DNA from: Sinorhizobium meliloti
GTDB taxonomy: Bacteria; Pseudomonadota; Alphaproteobacteria; Rhizobiales; Rhizobiaceae
Direction: 5' to 3'
Assembly (NCBI RefSeq): GCF_017876815.1
Contig: NZ_JAGIOS010000001.1
Location: 2,820,001 to 2,852,000, forward strand
DNA length: 32,000 nucleotides
Part shown: piece by piece, positions 1 to 7,559 of the stretch
Position numbering within the stretch: position 1 is the stretch's first letter
Layout of the letters: every line of letters begins with the position of its first letter
The notes under the pieces: generated by a model
Seen by the model: the letters and a program-made list of their open reading frames with translations, nothing else
Told to the model about the DNA's origin: nothing
Databases searched by the model: none
Program-made: the position numbers and the translations under genes

Positions 1-2660
1 TCGAAGGATCCCGCGAAGGCTGGACTCGCGAACCGGTCACAGGCGCGGCCCTTGCCATGGCTGCCCGGCTGCAGGCCATCACGGCGCCGAACAGCGTTCT
101 GGTCTCCGAGGAGACACGCCATCTTGCAGGCAGATCCTATGCCTTCGTGTTTCAGGGCAGCAAGGAGCTCAAGGGCTTTGCAGCGCCTGAGAAAGTGTGG
201 CGGGCGCTCGGCCATAAAGTGGGGGTGGACCGCTTCTATGCCTTCGGACGGATGGGCGGGCCGCTGATCAACCGTGAGAACGAACTGAATACCATCGGGC
301 AACTCTGGGATGGCGTCCTTGCGGGACAAGGCTCCGTGGTCCTGATCCAAGGGGACGCCGGCATCGGCAAATCGCGTCTTCTCAGGGAAATTCGCAGACG
401 GACGCGCGCGAAGCGTTCCAAGCTTCTCTTCTTCCAATGCCTGCCCGGCGGTTTCCGCTCGACCCTTCATCCTCTCTTGAACAATCTCCCGGAGGCGGTG
501 TCGGGGAGCGCAGGGCAGATGGGTCCGACGGCCGCCGCCGTGGCGGCGCTGTTCGAACGCAACGGCATCAGGGACCCGGCGGTCGTCGATGTCTTCTCCT
601 ACCTGCTTGGGGCGCAGGGTAGCCGTCTGCAGTCGAACGAAGATCCGAAGGCGATCCGCGAGAAGGCTCATCGCGCCCTGCTCCGTGCATTGGAAGCCGT
701 GTGCCGACGCGGGCCGGCGGTGGTGGCTGTCGAGGACGTCCACTGGATCGATCCGACATCCCGTGACCTGCTTGGCGAAGCTGCGAGGATCATTGCAAAA
801 TTTCCCGTCTTGCTCGTTACCACGTCGCGCCCTTCCTATGCTTCGGAATGGCTCGACGCCGCCAATCCGACGCGGCTTGCGTTGCGGCCGCTCGATTCGG
901 ATGAAACCAGGCTGGCGATAAAGGCAAAATGGCCGGAGCACCGCCTGGCGTTGCTTCCCGATCTCTTCGACGCGACCGAACGGATATCCGGCGGCGTTCC
1001 GCTCTTCATCGAGGAGATCTGTCAATGGGTGTCGCAAAATGTCGAGCCCGACACGATGCGCCTGTCGGAGAGCGCCAACCCGTCGCATGTGTCGGCGTTC
1101 GAGTCGATATTGGAATCCCGCCTGCAGCAGTTGGGTACGGCCAGGGAGGTCGCGCGCGCGGCGGCAGTCGCGGGCACGCAGGTGACGCTGCCGCTGCTCC
1201 GGGCTCTTTTGCCGGATTTCGGCAAGAGCGCGCTTGCGAACGCAGCCGATACTCTCTGCGAGACGGGATTCCTGACGCGGATAAGGGTGCCGGGGCGGAC
1301 CGCCTATGGCTTCCGGCATACGCTGATCCAGGAGACGATCTACAACGCCGTGCTGCGCAAGCAGCGGCAGGTGCTGCATCGGCGGCTCTTCACAGCAGTC
1401 AACCAAAATCGTGGCATGGCGGCCTGGATCGATACCGGCGCGCTTGCCGAGCATGCGGAAAGGGCGGGGCTTGTCGAAGAGGCTGTCCCCTTGTTCATCG
1501 CCGCGGGAAAGGAGAGTTCGAGCCGGTCCGCAATGATAGAGGCGAGGCAATTTCTGGAGCATGCCCTGGATCTCTGCGGCCAAATGAGCGAGAGCGACAC
1601 CGCCGAAGCTCTGAAGCTTTTGGCGTTGACGGCCCTCGGTCCGATTTTGATAGGAACGGTCGGCCTGAGTTCCGAACCCGCGCGAAGGCTTTATGAGGAC
1701 GCGGTGGAGATCGCCCGGCGACGACCGATGTCCGAGCAGTCCCAATGGTTTCCGATATATTGGGGTTGGTGGCTCACAGGACAGGACTTCCGTGTCATGC
1801 ACGACCGTGCCCTGGAGGTGCGGTCGATGCTGTCGAAGGCCAACGAGCCGGAAATTCAGCTTCAGGTCAATCATTGCATCTGGGCGATCGATTTCAATCT
1901 CGGCCGTCACCGGGAAACGCAGGATGCGATCAAGGCCGGCCTGGCGCTCTATGACGAGAAGCGCGCCAAAGAGAGCCGAACGGAGTTCGGCGGGCATGAT
2001 GCGAAGGTCTGTGGCCTCGGCCAACTCGCGCTCTCCCTATGGCTCACGGGGCGCACGAAGGCCTCGGACGCGGCGCTATCGAGAATGATCGCTTTCACGG
2101 ACCGGATCGCGCATGCGCACAGCAAGGCACACTCCCTGGATACCGAGGCGGTGTCTGCCTTTTACCGGGACGATTTCGAAAGGCTCACCGAGGTTTCGGC
2201 GCGAATGGCGGATTTCGCCAAGAGGCACAAGATGCAGTCCCTGTCCGGTCAGTCGCTTCTCTTCAGCGGGTGGGCCGAGGCGCACCGCACGGGCCTTGCG
2301 AGTGGCCATGCGAGATTTCAGAACGGTCTGTCGCTTCTGCGCGAACTTGGGGCGGTGGCGGATCTGCCGATCTATCTCTGCATGCACGCTACCTTGCTGG
2401 GTCTGGCCGGCAAGATCGAACCGGCGATCGAGGTCGTCAACGAAGCGATCGGCAGGGGGGAGGAAACCGGCCACGCCTATTGGCTGGCGGAGTTGCACCG
2501 GTGCCGCGCAATTCTGCGGGCGCGGGCAGGCGAGCGTAAGGATGCCGTCGCTGCAGATCTGCGCTGCGCCGTTGAAATCGCGGAAAGCCAGGGGGCGACG
2601 GCGCTCACCAGGAGAGCGAGGCATTCGATGCGGGAGCTCGGCATTGTTATCGGGCGCTGA
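1..2660 (+). CDS. Class III adenylate/guanylate cyclase domain (C-terminal end only) fused to an AAA/STAND-type ATPase and a TPR-like helical region. The 5' end lies upstream of the window.
   Basis: Frame 3 is open from the window edge. GAALAMAARLQAI resembles the cyclase G-x-x-V-N-x-A-A-R-L motif. Walker A GDAGIGKSRL at 351-380. Walker B-like VVAVEDVHWID at 720-752. Long helical repeat-like C-terminus. Stop TGA at 2658-2660. Confidence 0.8.
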   Translation, partial: EGSREGWTREPVTGAALAMAARLQAITAPNSVLVSEETRHLAGRSYAFVFQGSKELKGFAAPEKVWRALGHKVGVDRFYAFGRMGGPLINRENELNTIGQLWDGVLAGQGSVVLIQGDAGIGKSRLLREIRRRTRAKRSKLLFFQCLPGGFRSTLHPLLNNLPEAVSGSAGQMGPTAAAVAALFERNGIRDPAVVDVFSYLLGAQGSRLQSNEDPKAIREKAHRALLRALEAVCRRGPAVVAVEDVHWIDPTSRDLLGEAARIIAKFPVLLVTTSRPSYASEWLDAANPTRLALRPLDSDETRLAIKAKWPEHRLALLPDLFDATERISGGVPLFIEEICQWVSQNVEPDTMRLSESANPSHVSAFESILESRLQQLGTAREVARAAAVAGTQVTLPLLRALLPDFGKSALANAADTLCETGFLTRIRVPGRTAYGFRHTLIQETIYNAVLRKQRQVLHRRLFTAVNQNRGMAAWIDTGALAEHAERAGLVEEAVPLFIAAGKESSSRSAMIEARQFLEHALDLCGQMSESDTAEALKLLALTALGPILIGTVGLSSEPARRLYEDAVEIARRRPMSEQSQWFPIYWGWWLTGQDFRVMHDRALEVRSMLSKANEPEIQLQVNHCIWAIDFNLGRHRETQDAIKAGLALYDEKRAKESRTEFGGHDAKVCGLGQLALSLWLTGRTKASDAALSRMIAFTDRIAHAHSKAHSLDTEAVSAFYRDDFERLTEVSARMADFAKRHKMQSLSGQSLLFSGWAEAHRTGLASGHARFQNGLSLLRELGAVADLPIYLCMHATLLGLAGKIEPAIEVVNEAIGRGEETGHAYWLAELHRCRAILRARAGERKDAVAADLRCAVEIAESQGATALTRRARHSMRELGIVIGR

Positions 2661-3873
2661 ACGAAACGGTGCGAAATCGAACGACGGCGCACGCGCGGCC
2701 CTCGCTGATCTCCATGCCTCGATCGTTTCCGCGCGGAAGGCGCCCTTTTCGGATCGCCCGATCGAGGGGAGTCTGGAGCGCTGTCTCGCCGCCCTGGCGC
2801 CACTCTGCCGCCGCGCCCGCATTACGCGGCTGGGCGACCTGACGGGCCTCGATCGGCTCGGCCTGCCGGTGATGCAGGCCGTGCGACCCGCCGCGCTTTC
2901 AGAGGTCACATCTCTCGGACGCGGTCTGTCGAGGGCCGAGGCGGCAGTCGGCGCGCTGATGGAATCGCTCGAGCGTTATTTCGCCGAGGCCATTCCGGCG
3001 GAGCGGACCTTTCTGGCGACGGCCGACCAACTCGAAGTCACCGATGGCCTTTTCGAAAACCTCGTGGTTCCCGAATGGCGCGGGAAATGGCGGCAAAGGA
3101 CAATTGCCTGGATCGAAGGTATCGATGTCGTCGGCGGCTCAGCGTACCCGGTGCCGCTGGAACTTGTGCATACGCGCTACAGCGAACCGCAGCCGGCCCA
3201 TGACGGCGCCTTTCTGCGGACGACCACCGGGCTTGCCTGCCATACGAGCCGCCATGGCGCTTTCCTGCACGGATTATGGGAATGCCTTGAACGGGACGCG
3301 ATCGCACGCGCATTCGGAACGCACGGCTTCTTCGACCGGTGGCGCATTGCGCCCTGCGGCCTCGGTGACGGGGTGGATCATATCCGATCGCTCGCGGGCG
3401 CTCGCGGAATATCGTTTGCACTGTGGCTCGCTCCGTCGCCGGCGGCTGTTCCCGTCGTCTGGTGTCAGACGGTCGAGGCCGGGCACGGGGAGCCAATCCT
3501 TGCGCTGCCGACGGAAGGCTACGCCGCCGGGCCAAGCATCGAAATGGCGGCGGCAAGCGCAATGCTGGAGGCGCTCTCGGCCAGGGCAGGGGCGATCTCC
3601 GGCGCCCGTGATGACCAAACGAGGGAACATTACCGCAGGAGCACCGATGCCGCGGTGGCTAAGGCCCGCGAGCTCGTCCTCGCCGATGCGGCGTCGAAGC
3701 CCGGAGAGGCGACGTACGCGACGATTCCGGACCCCGGTACATTGCTAGACCGGGTGGTCGAAGCCGGTCTTGGACCTGTGCTGGCCATTCCCGTGGGCGT
3801 CGACGAGGAGGCGGGCGTCCATTGCGTGCGAACCGTTCTTCCCGGAGCCTCTCCCTTTTTCGTCCTGCGATGA
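2644..3873 (+). CDS. YcaO-family ATP-dependent amide-activating enzyme (TfuA-associated type)
   Basis: RITRLGDLTGLDRLGLPVMQAVRP N-terminal signature. Acidic ExxER motifs MESLERY (2959-2979) and WECLERDA (3277-3300). TTGLACH block. There is no in-frame ATG or GTG between the upstream stop and the conserved N-terminus, so I propose TTG 2644, preceded by GGGAG at 2632-2636. This start overlaps the upstream gene by 17 nt. The start is uncertain; the stop is TGA 3871-3873. Confidence 0.85.
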   Translation: MLSGAERNGAKSNDGARAALADLHASIVSARKAPFSDRPIEGSLERCLAALAPLCRRARITRLGDLTGLDRLGLPVMQAVRPAALSEVTSLGRGLSRAEAAVGALMESLERYFAEAIPAERTFLATADQLEVTDGLFENLVVPEWRGKWRQRTIAWIEGIDVVGGSAYPVPLELVHTRYSEPQPAHDGAFLRTTTGLACHTSRHGAFLHGLWECLERDAIARAFGTHGFFDRWRIAPCGLGDGVDHIRSLAGARGISFALWLAPSPAAVPVVWCQTVEAGHGEPILALPTEGYAAGPSIEMAAASAMLEALSARAGAISGARDDQTREHYRRSTDAAVAKARELVLADAASKPGEATYATIPDPGTLLDRVVEAGLGPVLAIPVGVDEEAGVHCVRTVLPGASPFFVLR

Positions 3874-3880
3874 GTATGTG

Positions 3881-4663
3881 ATGGCCGGCCGAGGCGACAA
3901 TCCGATCCTGGTGTTTCTCGGTCCGACTGTTCGTCTTTCCGAGGCGGAGAAAGTCCTCGACGCGATTTATCTGCAGCCGGCCGCGCAGGGGGATGTCCTG
4001 CTTGCGGCACATGCCTTTCGCCCTCGGGCCATGATTCTGATCGACGGGCAGTTCGAGGACAGACCGGCTGTCCGGCACAAGGAAATTCTCTGGGCGATGG
4101 CGCAAGGGATCGTCTTCATCGGCGCCGGCAGCATGGGCGCACTCAGGGCCGCGGAGCTTGACGCTTTCGGCATGATCGGCGTTGGTCTCATCTACAGGTG
4201 GTATCGACGCTTCGGACGTGGTCCTCTTTCCAGCCCTGCGCCCGACGATGCGGTCGCCGTACATTCGGGACCGCCGGAACTCGGCTTTCTGCCTTTGACG
4301 GATGCCCTTGTCGACCTGCAGCGAACCTTTTCCGCGTGGTCGCGCCTCGGTGCTGTCAGCCCTTCGGAACGCGACCGCCTTACAACTCTCGCGCGAGACA
4401 TGAATTTTCGGGAGCGCTCGCTTTCTGCGGTCTTGCAGGCCGCGGGCTGGGCTCAAGAGAGAAGCAGAGAACTGCGGCAGCAGATGATCGGGCAGAAGAG
4501 GCACGACGCGATCCTGGCACTACAGCAAGCGCCAACCCTTCTGGCGCAGCATAGCGGCACGCAGCAAGATGGCGGCTGGATCGCGACGAACACCTTCCTC
4601 CGCGACCTGGAGGCTGGCGGCATTGACTCGAATTTGGTGAACACCTATAAATTGAAACCATAA
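3881..4663 (+). CDS. TfuA-like protein (YcaO partner)
   Basis: ILVFLGPT...LQPAAQGDVL...ILIDGQFEDRPAVRHKEILWAMAQGIVFIGAGSMGALRAAELDAFGMIGVG matches the TfuA domain pattern. ATG 3881 lies 7 nt after the YcaO stop. The ORF-track start at 3770 would overlap YcaO and is rejected. Confidence 0.85.
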   Translation: MAGRGDNPILVFLGPTVRLSEAEKVLDAIYLQPAAQGDVLLAAHAFRPRAMILIDGQFEDRPAVRHKEILWAMAQGIVFIGAGSMGALRAAELDAFGMIGVGLIYRWYRRFGRGPLSSPAPDDAVAVHSGPPELGFLPLTDALVDLQRTFSAWSRLGAVSPSERDRLTTLARDMNFRERSLSAVLQAAGWAQERSRELRQQMIGQKRHDAILALQQAPTLLAQHSGTQQDGGWIATNTFLRDLEAGGIDSNLVNTYKLKP

Positions 4664-4696
4664 TTTAGGCATTTTTATTCCGGGGGGCAGTGTGCG

Positions 4697-5881
4697 ATGC
4701 GTCTGCTTCGAGACGAAGCCCTCGAGTCCGGCGATTCTCGTCTGGGCACGCGGTTCTGGATTTTCCCTCAGCCACCATTCATTCCGGGCTATGAAAAACC
4801 GGACCGCGTCTGGCTGCCGATACCGAGGGACGAGATCGGTGAGGGGCCGAGCGACGCGACGATGTATGTCGTCGATCCGCTCGATGACAAGGAACCCTAC
4901 GGCTTCGACCGGCTGCCGCCGTTTCACGGCGCCGCCCGTGCACCGGTGGGACCGGGTCCGGATCTGCATTTCGACAACCTGTCTCCCGACTCCCGGGCGT
5001 TCCTTCCGGTTCATGCCTATGCGTGCGTGCATTTCGTTCTCAACATCTGGCAGAGTTATCTCGGCAGACCGGTCCGCTGGTTCTTCGACCAGACCTTTCC
5101 GCGGCTCGAGATCGTTGCCTTCGTGAACTGGGACAATGCCCAGGCAGGCTACGGCTTCCTGGAACTTGGCTGTTCCGACATTGACGGAATAAGGCGGCCC
5201 TACGCGCTCAATTTCGACACCATCGCTCACGAAACCGGACATCTCATCTTTCTTTCGGAAACCGGTATCCCGACGGCTGTGTCGCGCGGAGACGACTTCT
5301 TCTCCTTTTCCGAGGCCTTTTCAGATCTTGTGTCGCTGATCTCGTTCCTGCACTTCGATTCCGCGATCGACAGGCTGCTCCGGCGGACGAAAGGGAACCT
5401 CCTGCTCTACAACGAGCTCAACCGCTTCGCCGAGACGAGTCCGGAAACCCAGATCCGTCTCGCCACGAATTTCCGCCGCATGTCCGAGGTTACGCGCGAA
5501 GTGCATGACCGCGCACTGCCATTCGTGGGGGCGATCTTCGATTCGATCGTGGAACTCTATCACCGCGAGCTCGTGGCACGCGGCTGCGCCGACATCCGGC
5601 TGCTCGATATCGACCTCCGGCATCTGGAGCAGGATGATTTCGACCGGTTCCGTGAGACAACGGCAGAGGCTTTCCGGATCAAGCCGATGATCTTCGGACT
5701 TGCGCTACGGTCGGCCCGCGACGCGGTGGGGCAGGCGCTTGCAGCTTCGCTGCGGTCGGTCAATCCGGACACCTTGCGGCTGGATCAGGCCGCGGCCGCT
5801 ATCGTTGCGGCTGCCGATGGAACGGCCGCCGGAGTTCTGGAGGCGAATTTCGCATGGCGTGAAATCATCAGCTCGAGATAG
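4697..5881 (+). CDS. Cytoplasmic HExxH zinc-metallopeptidase-like protein (gluzincin/thermolysin-like motif spacing)
   Basis: HETGH at 5228-5242 is followed 24 residues later by SEAFSDL (Glu codon 5312-5314), reminiscent of thermolysin HExxH...NEAISD. No signal peptide. Same strand, 33 nt after TfuA. I recognise no closer family. Confidence 0.6.
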   Translation: MRLLRDEALESGDSRLGTRFWIFPQPPFIPGYEKPDRVWLPIPRDEIGEGPSDATMYVVDPLDDKEPYGFDRLPPFHGAARAPVGPGPDLHFDNLSPDSRAFLPVHAYACVHFVLNIWQSYLGRPVRWFFDQTFPRLEIVAFVNWDNAQAGYGFLELGCSDIDGIRRPYALNFDTIAHETGHLIFLSETGIPTAVSRGDDFFSFSEAFSDLVSLISFLHFDSAIDRLLRRTKGNLLLYNELNRFAETSPETQIRLATNFRRMSEVTREVHDRALPFVGAIFDSIVELYHRELVARGCADIRLLDIDLRHLEQDDFDRFRETTAEAFRIKPMIFGLALRSARDAVGQALAASLRSVNPDTLRLDQAAAAIVAAADGTAAGVLEANFAWREIISSR

Positions 5882-5901
5882 GGACAGAAAAGGAGAGGAA
5901 G

Positions 5902-6597
5902 ATGAGCAATTGCAGCAGCCATCCCGGTGTGGGCAGAGAGCCGGGCGGCCTGTCCGGACCAGTCTACGATACGTACAATCCGAGCGAAGTACGCCTCTAC
6001 GGGCGACCGGCAACGCGAGAAGAGATATTCAAGATCACGGACGAGCAGATCCGGCAAAGAATCAAGTCGTCGCTACGCGAAACTTCGCTTCGGGACGAAG
6101 ACCTGAATACGCTCGTGAGAATAGTGAAGGAGGCGGCGATCGGAACGGTCGACAACGACGTTCTCGCCGGTATCTTAAAGCAGCAGATCGTCCTCGCCAT
6201 ATTCGATGATGAGCTGAAGTTCAGTCAGCTTCCGGTCAGCGTCAACATACCGGCGAAGAATTTCGAGAAGGGCGGCGAGCGATATATCAAGAGCATCGGC
6301 GTGATATACGGCTATGCCTATGAGGGACATTGTTACAAGTTGCCGAAGCCGCAGATCATGTATCTGCCGGAAGAGCCGCGCGAGATCCTCGGCGGGGATT
6401 GCGGATGCGACTGCGGATATGTTCCCGAACTCGGCTATGCCGTATGGCAGATCGACAAACTCGAGCGCGTCATTGCGCTGGACGTCCGCTCCGACGACGT
6501 GAAGACCCTGGTGCTCGACGAGAACATGCCCGGCAGCCGGTCGCCCATGGCCTATGCGCAGGTCATGGCGCTTGCTCCGCAACGGCATCGCGACTGA
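5902..6597 (+). CDS. Hypothetical 231-aa protein, last gene of the YcaO-TfuA operon
   Basis: Strong RBS AGGAGAGGA at 5891-5899 before ATG 5902, which lies 20 nt after the upstream stop. No recognisable domain. Contains a GGDCGCDCGY motif (6391-6420). GC appears somewhat lower than in the neighbouring genes. Confidence 0.6.
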   Translation: MSNCSSHPGVGREPGGLSGPVYDTYNPSEVRLYGRPATREEIFKITDEQIRQRIKSSLRETSLRDEDLNTLVRIVKEAAIGTVDNDVLAGILKQQIVLAIFDDELKFSQLPVSVNIPAKNFEKGGERYIKSIGVIYGYAYEGHCYKLPKPQIMYLPEEPREILGGDCGCDCGYVPELGYAVWQIDKLERVIALDVRSDDVKTLVLDENMPGSRSPMAYAQVMALAPQRHRD

Positions 6598-6618
6598 ACC
6601 GTCGAGCGGCGCCGGTGC

Positions 6619-6972
6619 CTATTGCAGGCTGCCGTCGCCGCTTCTGTCGGCCGATTTGAAGTCGGCCATGACCCTGTTCAGGAACTCGGTTTGGCTAAGC
6701 TTCCCGTCGCGATTGGCGTCTGTCGCGGCAAACTGCTGCGCGTTCAGAACCTGCGCCACTTCTTCCGAGCGCAGACTTCCGTCCTTGTTCCTGTCCAGGT
6801 TCCCAAAGGCCGAGGTCATGAAGGCTTGGTATTCCGGCCGGTCGACGGCCCCGTTCCCGTCACGGTCCAGCCGATTCATCTGGCCCTGGTTCATGGCCAT
6901 CGGCTGATCCTGCGCCGCCGCTGCAATCACCTGGGAAAGCGCGAACGCCGCCACGAGGACTGGTCTTTTCAT
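6619..6972 (-). CDS. Secreted EF-hand calcium-binding protein (four DxDxDG-type loops)
   Basis: Signal peptide MKRPVLVAAFALSQVIAAAAQ. Loops DRDGNGAVD, DRNKDGSL, DANRDGKL and DRSGDGSL. AAGGAG at 6985-6980 lies 7 nt before ATG 6972. The track start at 6975 is a GTG one codon upstream. Confidence 0.85.
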   Translation of the reverse strand: MKRPVLVAAFALSQVIAAAAQDQPMAMNQGQMNRLDRDGNGAVDRPEYQAFMTSAFGNLDRNKDGSLRSEEVAQVLNAQQFAATDANRDGKLSQTEFLNRVMADFKSADRSGDGSLQ

Positions 6973-6989
6973 CACCCTGCTCCTTTGGG

Positions 6990-7229
6990 TCAGGTGCAGG
7001 TCAGGGCGCTGCCCGCTGCGCTGCCGAGTACGGCACCGCCGCCCACGGCCCAGAGCTGCCCGGTTCCCGAGCCGATGGTCGCGCCGGCCAGTCCACCGAC
7101 GACCGCGCCACCGACGGTGCCCGCGATACAGCCGAACTCACCGGTCCGCCCCCCGGTCATCGAGGCGGTTTGGCAGCCGGATAAGGCGAGGCAGGCTGCG
7201 AGAGCGAGAGTGATCGTGCAATTCTTCAT
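6990..7229 (-). CDS. Small glycine-zipper lipoprotein
   Basis: MKNCTITLALAACLALSGC carries a lipobox (LSGC), followed by a GxxxG-rich glycine-zipper segment. GGAGGA RBS directly upstream of ATG 7229. The longer track ORF (to 7370) has no RBS and no signal peptide. Confidence 0.7.
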   Translation of the reverse strand: MKNCTITLALAACLALSGCQTASMTGGRTGEFGCIAGTVGGAVVGGLAGATIGSGTGQLWAVGGGAVLGSAAGSALTCT

Positions 7230-7559
7230 TTCTTCCTCCAAGCATTCCGCCCGTATGAAATACAGATCGTAGGAGGCGCCATTAAGTGGCGTCGAATGGA
7301 AAAGGACTTCCGAATATCTCCCTCGTAAGAAGAGGGTTCTTCTGTTCCATTGGAAGCTGCCTCTCGGCAAAACACGCGGTCCATCTGAAAAGACGTGCGG
7401 ACTGTCGGTAAATACTACCGCTGCCTATGAGTGAAAACAACTCTCGGGCCAGTTGATCACCGATCACCAATGGCAACATATGATGTCGGCCGTGATTGTG
7501 AGCTGGTCATATTTCCGTTTGGGGGCGGCTCGCCGGGTGAAGAACCATCTGTGTAGAGC

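Noticed and set aside
2113-2643. N-terminal 177 codons of the 586-aa track ORF (would make a much longer YcaO)
   Set aside because: This part lies entirely inside the well-supported cyclase-ATPase-TPR gene in another frame and translates to Arg/Cys/Ser-rich nonsense. YcaO similarity begins only after about 2700.
2076-5242. Long minus-strand ORFs antisense to the YcaO operon (2076-2909, 3659-4504, 4520-5242 and others)
   Set aside because: Their composition is Arg/Pro/Gly-rich with no motifs. They are typical stop-poor shadow frames of high-GC coding DNA. The plus-strand frames carry clear domain signatures.
7282-7479. 65-aa minus-strand ORF in the 7230-7559 spacer; also considered an sRNA or riboswitch here
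   Set aside because: It has no RBS, no motif and atypical composition. I could not identify any known RNA-family structure by eye, so I leave the spacer unannotated apart from noting its lower GC.
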